Assembly: GCA_964529025.1 (NCBI GenBank)
Contig: CAZGUZ010000001.1
Coordinates: 6,163-70,162, forward strand
Direction: 5' to 3'
Length of the DNA stretch: 64,000 nt
Source of the DNA: an uncultured Candidatus Saccharibacteria bacterium
GTDB lineage: Bacteria > Patescibacteriota > Minisyncoccia > Phycocordibacterales > PALSA-1337
Shown: positions 1-8,134 of the stretch, in pieces
Layout of the letters: each line of letters begins with the position of its first letter
Position numbering within the stretch: position 1 is the stretch's first letter
Made by a program: the position numbers and the translations under genes
Notes under the pieces: generated by a model
The model's database searches: none
The model's input: the letters and a program-made list of their open reading frames with translations, nothing else
What the model was told of the DNA's origin: nothing

Positions 1-93
1 GTAAAGGATTTATTTCTAAATGATTACAAAAACGGATTTCAAGAAAATGTGCAGGAATTATTCATTAAGCTCGCTGAGCGAAGACATATATAA
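1..93 (+). CDS. 3' end of an unidentified CDS entering the window
   Basis: Open frame VKDLFLNDYKNGFQENVQELFIKLAERRHI* ending in TAA 2 nt before the next ATG. Confidence 0.5.
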   Translation, partial: VKDLFLNDYKNGFQENVQELFIKLAERRHI

Positions 94-95
94 AC

Positions 96-731
96 ATGAA
101 ATTATTTTTAGGAGGCGGTGGCGGAGGTGCTGATTCAATTGAACTCGACAAGAAATTTGTTGCATCCTTGGATTTATCTAAACCATTGCTCTACATCCCT
201 ATCGCCACAAATACCGCCAAGTATCCTTATTCTGGCTGTGTTACTTGGCTTTCAAGTGTGCTTGGACCTCTTGGCGTTAAGAATATCGTTATGTGGACTG
301 AAGAGGATTTAAAAGCAAAGACGAAGGAAGAATTTGCGCTTTTCTCTGGAATATACATCGGGGGTGGTAATACATACAAATTACTCAAAGAACTTAAGGA
401 ATTTGGAACTTTTGATATTCTTTCAATACTTGCAAAAGAAGGTATGTCGATTTATGGAGGAAGTGCAGGGGCGATTATATTGGCAAAGACAATAATTCCT
501 GCTAGGTTTCTTGATGAAAATAAAGTGGGTCTGACAGATTTCTCAGCCCTTGATCTTGTTCAAGGTTATAATATTTGGTGCCACTACACCGGCGCTGAGG
601 ATGATTCGATTATCGATTACATGAAAAAATATAATTTACAAAAGATTATTGCAATACCAGAAAACGCAGGTTTGATAGTGAGTGAAAAAGAGATTGAGGA
701 AGTTGGTCCAGGTAAAGTTAAATTCTTTTAA
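96..731 (+). CDS. Peptidase S51 (peptidase E / cyanophycinase-like, class I glutamine amidotransferase-like) protein
   Basis: LYIPIA, IYIGGGNT, GGSAGA nucleophile elbow and downstream CHY motif. Confidence 0.85.
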   Translation: MKLFLGGGGGGADSIELDKKFVASLDLSKPLLYIPIATNTAKYPYSGCVTWLSSVLGPLGVKNIVMWTEEDLKAKTKEEFALFSGIYIGGGNTYKLLKELKEFGTFDILSILAKEGMSIYGGSAGAIILAKTIIPARFLDENKVGLTDFSALDLVQGYNIWCHYTGAEDDSIIDYMKKYNLQKIIAIPENAGLIVSEKEIEEVGPGKVKFF

Positions 732-891
732 CTCTAATTTGGTATCGCTTGTTTAGGCTCGAACCCCACCCTAAAAGGTAAAAAGGTCTTTGTAAATTAC
801 CATTCTTTCATCATGACGCTCATAGAAAGTCGTCAGGTGGCTGAAAAAGAATTTGAGCGCGCTCGAACCTCTAAAATATCAAGCAATAAAA

Positions 892-922
892 GACGAAACC
901 CCACAAATTGTGAGGTTTCGTC
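892..922 (-). terminator. Intrinsic terminator-like hairpin downstream of the tRNA 3' duplicate
   Basis: GACGAAACCCCACA-AAT-TGTGAGGTTTCGTC stem, followed by TTTTATT on the minus strand. Confidence 0.6.
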
Positions 923-928
923 ACTAGG

Positions 929-947
929 GCTCCGGCGGCAGGGATCG
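929..947 (-). repeat. 19-bp direct repeat of the tRNA-Asn 3' end (att-like)
   Basis: GCTCCGGCGGCAGGGATCG is identical at 929-947 and 1098-1116. Confidence 0.9.
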
Positions 948-1060
948 GTCACGAATAATTTCCTCGCCGTCGCTCGGAAATTTTCTCGACCCCGGCTCGC
1001 GACCTCGCGTTCTCGCTCGGTATCCGCTCCGCCCTTCTCACTCTGCCGTGCGGGTAAAAG

Positions 1061-1089
1061 AAAAAGCACCAGCTTTGCTGGCACTTTTT
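1061..1089 (-). terminator. tRNA-Asn terminator hairpin
   Basis: Minus strand AAAAAGTGCCAGC-AAA-GCTGGTGCTTTTT followed by CTTTT. Confidence 0.6.
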
Positions 1090-1098
1090 CATTTACTG

Positions 1099-1170
1099 CT
1101 CCGGCGGCAGGGATCGAACCTGCGACCAATCGCTTAACAGGCGACTGCTCTACCGCTGAGCTACACCGGA
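1099..1170 (-). tRNA. tRNA-Asn (GTT), CCA not encoded
   Basis: TCCGGTGTAGCTCAGCGGTAGAGCAGTCGCCTGTTAAGCGATTGGTCGCAGGTTCGATCCCTGCCGCCGGAG forms a cloverleaf; anticodon loop CTGTTAA. Confidence 0.97.
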
Positions 1171-1320
1171 ATGTTTGTAACACCTTGCTACGATACTCTT
1201 ATAAGCACCGTACGTGCCTATAGTAGCAAAATGTACAAAAAAATCAAAGGTTTTGAACATTACTTATACTTGGCTTATATTACGAACAACACCTCGTGCG
1301 CAAAGCAAACTGGCAAACAC

Positions 1321-1821
1321 TTAACACTCTGCCAAGTCTCGATTTATTTCGTCTTCAGCTTGTTTTGCTAGTTCTAAGAAAATACCAATCTCATTCAGGG
1401 TAAATGTTCGTGGAATAATATCTTTAATGCAAAATACTCCAACTGCTTGAATGGTTCCCTTTTCGTAGAGCGACTTCCCTGCATAAAAACGAATATATGG
1501 GTGACTCGTAACCATTGGATTATCAAAAAATCGCTGATCTTTGTGTGTATCCTCAACAATCATTATGTCTTCTTGCAAAATTGCATGTCCACAAAACGAA
1601 ATCTCTCGAGGGACTTCTTTTACAGGCAAACCTTTAACCGATTTATACCATTCACGATCGCTATCTACGATAGAAATTGTTGATATTGGCACACTAAAAA
1701 CTTCAAGGGCTTTGACCGTAATCTGATCAAAACGTTCTTCGGGAACAGTGTCGAGGATTTTAAGTTTGCACACCGATGCAATGCGAGCTTCTTCGTGAGC
1801 GGGTTTTTGTGGTTGGATCAT
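1321..1821 (-). CDS. Stand-alone GAF domain protein
   Basis: EEARI...LKILDTVPEERFDQIT, REISFCGHAIL, DQRFFDNPMV, IRFYAG, VGVFCIKDIIPR are typical GAF sensor motifs; no output domain. Confidence 0.9.
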   Translation of the reverse strand: MIQPQKPAHEEARIASVCKLKILDTVPEERFDQITVKALEVFSVPISTISIVDSDREWYKSVKGLPVKEVPREISFCGHAILQEDIMIVEDTHKDQRFFDNPMVTSHPYIRFYAGKSLYEKGTIQAVGVFCIKDIIPRTFTLNEIGIFLELAKQAEDEINRDLAEC

Positions 1822-1910
1822 AGAATAACTATAGTTATAATTACATTTTGACCACAGTGGGCTCTATGAAATATTTAAAACAGGCACAACTAGACACTAT
1901 GCTAACTACA

Positions 1911-2396
1911 CTAATCGGTAAGTACCGACTCCACCCCTACAAACATCGAAATCTCTCCGTGGATATCGAATACCGGCGATATTCGTAGTAGTGCCGAGTA
2001 CAAGGTTCCATCTTTCTTTTTATTGCGAACTTTAACTACCACCGATTTCTTTTCAACCTTAATATCGTGCCAAAGTTCTTTATAGAACTCTTGAGGCATT
2101 TGTTTACCCCACAAAGCAGGAGTTTTTCCTAAAATCTCGGTAAGCTTATAACCCGTAATTTTTTCAACCAAAGAGTTTGCATATAAAATTACACCGTTTG
2201 GATCGGTAATAACCACTTGATCATTCATGGTCTTAAAAATTGAATTGATAATGCCACAGCGATGACATTTTATTTCGAGGTCAACATTTTCCAAATCACC
2301 TTTTGCAAGAAGTTTTCCGCAATGAAAACATCGAAATTCTTTTTTATCTGAATCAGCTGGAGTCGAACTATGTTCGTGTGTATGTGAAAAGCTCAT
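1911..2396 (-). CDS. Com (Mu-like) zinc-ribbon + PAS domain fusion protein
   Basis: FRCFHCGKLLAKG...LEIKCHRCGIIN, then a PAS domain (VVITDPNGVILYAN...ITGY..EILGKTP...NKKKDG). Confidence 0.8.
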   Translation of the reverse strand: MSFSHTHEHSSTPADSDKKEFRCFHCGKLLAKGDLENVDLEIKCHRCGIINSIFKTMNDQVVITDPNGVILYANSLVEKITGYKLTEILGKTPALWGKQMPQEFYKELWHDIKVEKKSVVVKVRNKKKDGTLYSALLRISPVFDIHGEISMFVGVESVLTD

Positions 2397-2526
2397 TAAA
2401 TTATTGAGCTTCGAGAGCCTCTATCTATTAGTACACAGCAAGTATACTACACCACAATAAAAATGGTGTAGGCGAATTTTGCTACATGTGGATAATGCCC
2501 AACCCCAAATGAGCTAGAATGTGTAT

Positions 2527-2733
2527 ATGAAACTCTTATCTTATTTTGCAAAGAACTTTGCTGTTGTTGTGGGGCTTGTACTTATCTGGCGAGGAATTTG
2601 GTATATACTCGACGGCGTTGATATTCATGTTTTTGGTGGCGACCATATGCTCAGCAGCGTTATTGGTGTAATTCTTGGTTTTGTCATTCTCTATCTTCCT
2701 GATCATGATCTTAAAGAAATTCAAAAGCTTTAA
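2527..2733 (+). CDS. Small two-TM membrane protein
   Basis: Two hydrophobic helices with a WRGIW..LD motif; -10-like TAGAAT just upstream of ATG 2527. Confidence 0.7.
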   Translation: MKLLSYFAKNFAVVVGLVLIWRGIWYILDGVDIHVFGGDHMLSSVIGVILGFVILYLPDHDLKEIQKL

Positions 2734-2773
2734 TACTCATTTTGACTCTTAATGCTGGTGGTATACTGAGAGT

Positions 2774-3424
2774 ATGAAACATGCAAATACATTAAATATA
2801 CTCACGGGAATATACGCTGTTCTTTTTATCTTTCTTGCAATCAATCCTCTTGATCGCCAAACATGGTTTGTCGAAAATCTTACCGTATGGATCATACTCG
2901 CTGTTATTTGGTTCTTACGCTCTAAAGGAATTACTTTCTCGACCACTGCTTACATACTCATGTTTATATTATTGTATTTGCACACTATTGGAGGGCACTA
3001 TACTTTCGAAAAAGTTCCTTTTGGCTGGGTAACTGACACTTTCGGTTTTGCTCGTAACCATTACGATAGAATTGCTCATTTTAGTGTTGGCCTTTATGCC
3101 TATGGAATTCTTGAGTGGATTCACCGAAAGAATATGGTCTCACGAAAATTTATTCTGTATACCTACCCTATTTTTGTTATTGCCACAATTGCTATGACCT
3201 ATGAGCTTATTGAATGGGTATATGCTGCATACTCAGCGCCCGAAGCTGGCGCCGCATACCTCGGTAGTCAAGGTGATATTTGGGATGCTCAAAAAGATAT
3301 GCTCGCCGATACACTCGGAGCAGTTGTCGCTGTCATTATGTATGTGATATTCCCCGCACATAAAAGTGGCGCGAGCGGCAGCACAAGCATTGACCAGCCA
3401 GCCAAAGTGCGGAGCGAAGAATAG
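2774..3424 (+). CDS. DUF2238 (YjdF-like) inner membrane protein
   Basis: W..EN, LHTIGGHYTFEKVPFG, RNHYDRIAHF, YELIEW, FLGSQGDIWDAQKDM-like motifs. Confidence 0.9.
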   Translation: MKHANTLNILTGIYAVLFIFLAINPLDRQTWFVENLTVWIILAVIWFLRSKGITFSTTAYILMFILLYLHTIGGHYTFEKVPFGWVTDTFGFARNHYDRIAHFSVGLYAYGILEWIHRKNMVSRKFILYTYPIFVIATIAMTYELIEWVYAAYSAPEAGAAYLGSQGDIWDAQKDMLADTLGAVVAVIMYVIFPAHKSGASGSTSIDQPAKVRSEE

Positions 3425-3453
3425 AATACTGCTTGCAGAATATACAATAAAGG

Positions 3454-3483
3454 AAGCCGGCTTTCGCTTGCGAAAGCCGGCTT
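3454..3483. terminator. Bidirectional hairpin between convergent genes
   Basis: AAGCCGGCTTTCGC-TT-GCGAAAGCCGGCTT perfect inverted repeat. Confidence 0.7.
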
Positions 3484-3502
3484 TTTGCCTACCACCAACA
3501 AC

Positions 3503-4180
3503 TTACCTGCTCTCACTGGTCGTAGCCAGCGTGAGCAATGCTCGGGCAAACACGGTAATTCGTATGCCCGAAGATTCAAGGGTACTAACTGCTCGCTTAT
3601 ATGCCTTTGAGATCGCCTGAGGGGTAACGCGATATTTCTTCGCCAGAGACTTTCGCACAACCCTCCGACCAAGAAAACTATGCTTATCAGGGCACACACC
3701 GAGCCTTTGGCACAAGACCTGCCAAAGCGAGTACCTGCAACGCTCACCCTGAAGAATCCGCCGTGCTCGCTCAACAAGTAAGTGAGCGCTGCGAACATCT
3801 TCTTGGTGTGCAACCATATCAAATGGTGTTGTGTGGCTTGAGCCATACCACTCAAAAGCAACTGTGGAAGTTTCAAAAAAATAAGTTCGAACTTTACCGG
3901 TCCAATACTTATTATTTGCCACAACCACAGTTGCCATTGTGCGCATGACTTCCATAGCGGCGCGCCGTGCAATGCTTTGGATGAATCCAGCAAAATTTTG
4001 GAACTTACGTCCCACCTTGCCCCACACTTCCTTAAGTACCTTAAGACGCGCCTCTTGCATAGCATCGTCAAAATACATGCTTGCATGACCGAGCACTGCG
4101 CTAACCGCTCTGCGCAAAAGCCCTTCACACCCAACAAGAAACTCAACCGGGTCCAGTTCATTGCTTGCACTCATATTCAT
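3503..4180 (-). CDS. Divergent sigma-70 family-like protein
   Basis: Region 2-like DDAMQEARLKV...FAGFIQSIARRAAMEVMR and region 4-like HTH RKSLAKKYRVTPQAISKAYKRAVSTL; AGGAGG SD and TTGACG-17-TACTAT upstream. Confidence 0.6.
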   Translation of the reverse strand: MNMSASNELDPVEFLVGCEGLLRRAVSAVLGHASMYFDDAMQEARLKVLKEVWGKVGRKFQNFAGFIQSIARRAAMEVMRTMATVVVANNKYWTGKVRTYFFETSTVAFEWYGSSHTTPFDMVAHQEDVRSAHLLVERARRILQGERCRYSLWQVLCQRLGVCPDKHSFLGRRVVRKSLAKKYRVTPQAISKAYKRAVSTLESSGIRITVFARALLTLATTSESR

Positions 4181-4299
4181 AATAAAAAGCCTCCTACTTT
4201 ATAGTAGAGTCAGTTAAGCTTGGCGTCAATTTTTCTAGGAGCAAAGAGCTATCAACAGAACAACATACTCACGCAACAAACTCACTATATAATATAGAT

Positions 4300-5004
4300 A
4301 TGAAAACATCGCATATAGTACTTGTCGGTATTATTTTATTACTTATTGGTGTCATTATTCGTTTAGGTGTTAATAATTTCCACGGGAATAAAGGCATGGG
4401 TCCTGGGGATCGCAATGAATATTCTCAAGAATATGGAAGACAAAAAGATGTTCCAAAGAATATACGACCTGCGAGCGAAACTACAACAAAAGATCCTGCC
4501 ACAGGCCAAACTACTACAGCAAATTCAGGAAACAATTCAGGAGTAAATTCTGGAGTTATTTCAAGTGTTACTTTGCCATTCTTCAGTAACTATACCGTAA
4601 CAAAAAGTCAGGTTGCCCTCACCGATCTACCAGCAATTAATCCTAAGAGTCACTCTCTTGGTGCCGAGTACACAACTCGTTTTAGTGCAGCAAATGAGAC
4701 TGCTCCAAACTTTGCAGGAAAATACAGTATAGTTTCTTGGGGTTGCGGATCAAGTTGTGAAAGCGGTGCAATTGTAAATCGCGAAACTGGTCAAATTCTT
4801 GGACAGCTACCTGTTGTTGCTGAACGAGGACTCCTCTATGAAGCAGATAGTAAGCTTCTTGTAATTAACCCTTACGTAAACGACAACTATTCTAACTTTG
4901 AAGTATTGCCTACTCACTACTATGAATGGACAGGTACATCATTCAAGCATATTGGCTCATACTTTATTCAGAAAAATTCTCTTACCGTAGCACCAAAACC
5001 TTAA
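4300..5004 (+). CDS. Membrane-anchored exported protein
   Basis: N-terminal TM helix, low-complexity T/N/S linker, PNFAGKY..VSWGCGSSC motif domain. Confidence 0.75.
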   Translation: MKTSHIVLVGIILLLIGVIIRLGVNNFHGNKGMGPGDRNEYSQEYGRQKDVPKNIRPASETTTKDPATGQTTTANSGNNSGVNSGVISSVTLPFFSNYTVTKSQVALTDLPAINPKSHSLGAEYTTRFSAANETAPNFAGKYSIVSWGCGSSCESGAIVNRETGQILGQLPVVAERGLLYEADSKLLVINPYVNDNYSNFEVLPTHYYEWTGTSFKHIGSYFIQKNSLTVAPKP

Positions 5005-5040
5005 GTGCGACGTGTAGGTAAGGCGTATACTTAAATGCAA

Positions 5041-5268
5041 TTAATTGGCCGGCTCATCGAGTCGGTCAATTATTTTTGATGGTGAATGGTGGCCGGAGAC
5101 GAGTCGTAGTCGCTGTGTTCCTAGTTCAATCTTCATAATTTCAAGCATGCGGCGATTAGCACAATTATTAAGTGCCGGTTCTTTGACCTGCACAGCATAA
5201 TGAGTTGCATCAATCTTTTTAACAAGTTCTTTTCGGGCTTCTGCTTGAACTTTGACATGAATATACAT
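5041..5268 (-). CDS. DUF167 (YggU-like) protein
   Basis: IHVKV..ARKE, VKEPA..N.AN, LVSGHHSPSK motifs. Confidence 0.85.
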   Translation of the reverse strand: MYIHVKVQAEARKELVKKIDATHYAVQVKEPALNNCANRRMLEIMKIELGTQRLRLVSGHHSPSKIIDRLDEPAN

Positions 5269-5332
5269 AGAGCAATATTAGCACAGAGTTATGTGTGGAT
5301 ATACGACATAGCATATATGCTATACTTATTTC

Positions 5333-6904
5333 ATGATTAAGAAACAACAGAAAAAACTGAAGCAACCTCAAAAAACAGAGGCTACCGAAACCCAGAGCGC
5401 CCTTATTAAGATCGGAAAAATGATTAGCCAAGTTCGCGAAGATCGAGGAATGACCCAAGCCGAGCTTGGAGCAAAGGTTGGTTCTACTCAAAGTTGTATT
5501 GCTCGAATCGAAAACGGCGAGCAAAACATTAGTACCGAAACACTCGCAAAAATTAGTAATGCTCTTGATCGCGAAATTGTTACCCTGGCTCCAAAAGGAA
5601 CTCTTAATTTTCGTATTCATGGTGGTCGTACACTTAAGGGTTCGATAACCGTACGAAGTTCAAAAAACGGAGCTGTTGGTATTCTGTGTGCTTCCCTTCT
5701 TACAACTGGTACAACCACTATTAAGAGTGCTCCTAAGATCGAAGAGGTTCACCGTATAACCGAGGTTTTAAATAGTATTGGTGTTCGCACAGAGTGGAAA
5801 GGTGATGACCTTGTGGTGACTCCGCCTAAGAAACTTAATCTGGATAATATTGATTACGAAGCAGCCGCCCGCACACGAAGCTGCATTATGCTCATGGCGC
5901 CGCTCATCCACATGTATAAAAAGTTTGACTTGCCCCAAGCGGGCGGCTGCCGCCTTGGCTCACGCACAGTTAAACCTTTCTTTTACGCTTTCGAAAAGCT
6001 CGGTATTACTATTGATACTGATTCTAAGTACTATACAGTTCATCATTCGGGCATAAAGCCAAATGAAATCATACTTTATGAAGCTGGCGACGTCGTTACT
6101 GAAACTGTCATTATGGCAGCTGCTAAAATTCCTGGTACAACAGTTATTAAATTTGCTTCGGCAAATTACCAAGTGCAAGATGTCTGCCATTATCTAGAAT
6201 TACTGGGCGTGAAAATCGAAGGGGTTGGCTCAACAACTGTTACAGTTCACGGGGTAGCCGAACTTAATCGTGATGTTACCTACCACATTGGTGAAGACCC
6301 TATTGAAGCTATGTCTCTTATAGCAATTGGCATTGTTACAAAGTCACCAATTACTATTCTTCGCTGCCCTATAGACTTCCTTGAGCTTGAGCTTCTTAAG
6401 CTCGAAAAAATGGGACAAAAGTTTAAACGCTCACAAACCTATCTTTCGTACAACAATAAAACTCGACTCGTCGACATCACGCTCATTCCTTCACAGCTCA
6501 CAGCCCTCGAAGAAAAAATCCATGCGCTACCGTATCCGGGAATCAATATGGACAACTTACCGTTCTTTGCAATTATCGGCTCGCAAGCAGAAGGTCAAAC
6601 ATTTATTCATGACTGGTCGTACGAAGAGCGAGCAATTTACTATAAAGAACTCGACAAACTCCGCGCCGACACCTTATTGGCAGATCCACACCGATTCTAT
6701 ATTAAAGGACCCACAAAGTTTAAAGCCACAGAACTTGTTTGCCCACCTGCCCTCCGCCCATCTGTAATTATTATGATAGGCATGATGGCAGCCGAAGGAG
6801 TATCTGTGCTCCGCAACATCTACAACATTAACCGAGGATATGAAGATCTGGCAGAGAGGCTTAATAAAATCGGAGCAAAAATCGAAACCTTCCGCGATTT
6901 GTAA
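5333..6904 (+). CDS. murA: XRE-HTH fused UDP-N-acetylglucosamine 1-carboxyvinyltransferase
   Basis: N-terminal HTH (MTQAELGAKVGSTQSCIARIENG), then SKN, GGCRLGSR active-site Cys, PYPG and RGYE motifs. Confidence 0.92.
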   Translation: MIKKQQKKLKQPQKTEATETQSALIKIGKMISQVREDRGMTQAELGAKVGSTQSCIARIENGEQNISTETLAKISNALDREIVTLAPKGTLNFRIHGGRTLKGSITVRSSKNGAVGILCASLLTTGTTTIKSAPKIEEVHRITEVLNSIGVRTEWKGDDLVVTPPKKLNLDNIDYEAAARTRSCIMLMAPLIHMYKKFDLPQAGGCRLGSRTVKPFFYAFEKLGITIDTDSKYYTVHHSGIKPNEIILYEAGDVVTETVIMAAAKIPGTTVIKFASANYQVQDVCHYLELLGVKIEGVGSTTVTVHGVAELNRDVTYHIGEDPIEAMSLIAIGIVTKSPITILRCPIDFLELELLKLEKMGQKFKRSQTYLSYNNKTRLVDITLIPSQLTALEEKIHALPYPGINMDNLPFFAIIGSQAEGQTFIHDWSYEERAIYYKELDKLRADTLLADPHRFYIKGPTKFKATELVCPPALRPSVIIMIGMMAAEGVSVLRNIYNINRGYEDLAERLNKIGAKIETFRDL

Positions 6905-6951
6905 AATAATTTAAAAAAATAACAGGAGGTTATTAACACAATAAAAAAAAT

Positions 6952-7593
6952 ATGACTCAATCAAACACAATTACTCAGGCTCTTGCATGGCGATATGCAG
7001 TTAAGACATTTGATGCAACAAAAAAGATTTCTGAGGGTGACTTCAAAACGATTCTCGAGTCTGCTCGATTAGCTCCAAGCTCAGTTGGTATTGAGCCATG
7101 GAAATTTATCGTTGTTAATAACCCTGAAATCCGCGCAAAACTCCGCGAAGTAAGCTACAATCAAACCAAAGTTACTGATGCTTCTCACCTTATCGTTATT
7201 GCGCAGCGAACCGACGCTCAGAACCTAATTAATGAAGCTGTTACACGAACTGCTCATAACCAAGGCAAAACCGAAGCAGAACTCGCTGGTTACCGAGGAA
7301 TGCTCGAAGGTACCGTAAAGCAATTTAGTAATGAAAATGACCTTCAGGCTTGGCTTCGTGCTCAAACATATATTCCTTTAGGTATGATGATTGAAACAGC
7401 AGCACTCCTCAATATTGATACTGGCCCTATGGAAGGTTTTGACCGCAATGCCGTTAATACCCTGCTAAATCTTGGCGAAAAAAACCTTGCTTCAGTAACC
7501 ATGCTTGCTCTTGGATACCGTGGCAATGATCCTTTTGCCCAGCTACCTAAAACTCGCCAGACTACTCAAGAGGCTGTAATTACGCTACCATAA
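6952..7593 (+). CDS. NAD(P)H nitroreductase (NfsB-like)
   Basis: WRYAVKTFD, LAPSSVGIEPWKF, DTGPMEGFD, LGYR. Confidence 0.93.
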   Translation: MTQSNTITQALAWRYAVKTFDATKKISEGDFKTILESARLAPSSVGIEPWKFIVVNNPEIRAKLREVSYNQTKVTDASHLIVIAQRTDAQNLINEAVTRTAHNQGKTEAELAGYRGMLEGTVKQFSNENDLQAWLRAQTYIPLGMMIETAALLNIDTGPMEGFDRNAVNTLLNLGEKNLASVTMLALGYRGNDPFAQLPKTRQTTQEAVITLP

Positions 7594-7718
7594 AGTATTA
7601 TCACATCTTGCATTAATACTTATTTTTCTTAAGGTGGAACAACATCCGCTTATACACAAGAAATATTCCAAACTTAAATATTTGACTTTTGGGGCTGATA
7701 TGATTAGATAAACTTAGC

Positions 7719-7952
7719 ATGATTGCACATATTGTATTTAGTAATGGGAAAGAGACAACCCGCCATCCCAAGAAGAATCAGATTGAACTTCTCATCCAAG
7801 AAGTTGTGAGGTGGCGCGGAGTCGTACTGTCGGTTACACTTACAGACAATGGCAGCAAAACTATTGCCGTCTGGGAGAGGGTTGGTACAAGCCCACAATG
7901 TATGACCCTCACCCGAATGACACGGGAGTACGCAGAGCTCCAAGCAGCCTAG
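7719..7952 (+). CDS. Orphan hypothetical protein (77 aa)
   Basis: ORF has a TTGACT-type promoter immediately upstream and a terminator GAGCGCCAGGGC...GCTCTGGCGCTTTTTT downstream. Confidence 0.55.
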   Translation: MIAHIVFSNGKETTRHPKKNQIELLIQEVVRWRGVVLSVTLTDNGSKTIAVWERVGTSPQCMTLTRMTREYAELQAA

Positions 7953-8036
7953 ATCTTGGTGTCTCTGAGCGCCAGGGCATATATGCTCTGGCGCTTTTTT
8001 CTTGCACCACAACTCTCAAATATATTTTGAATATTT

Positions 8037-8065
8037 TTGACAAACAAAGCACTCAATGCTATAAT
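8037..8065 (+). promoter_or_regulatory. Consensus sigma-70 promoter of the DEAD-box gene
   Basis: TTGACA-17 nt-TATAAT, with TG extended -10. Confidence 0.8.
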
Positions 8066-8134
8066 AGTAATAACTTAAGAATATGTGTAGGGCTCTTGAG
8101 TGTTATTAATACCTGCACACTCAACCCATACATA

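Larger units (their letters stand above)
744..947 (+). pseudogene. Probable C-terminal remnant of a large serine recombinase gene running into the tRNA att duplicate
   Basis: Start-less frame IACLGSNPTLKGKKVFVNYHSFIMTLIESRQVAEKEFERARTSK...LGLRRQGS resembles the LGSNxTLKxKK tail recalled for tRNA-targeting CPR recombinases; an in-frame TAA lies at 735-737. Confidence 0.45.

Noticed and set aside
813-1223. 136-aa and 116-aa ORFs over the tRNA
   Set aside because: They overlap tRNA-Asn and hairpins; only the part up to 947 is kept, as a possible pseudogene
3289-4170. 293-aa alternative-frame ORF
   Set aside because: It overlaps the sigma-like frame, which has an SD and motifs, and crosses a terminator and the opposite gene
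7811-8134. N-terminal extension of the 612-aa helicase ORF
   Set aside because: It spans another ORF, a terminator and a consensus promoter; the real start is probably 8135
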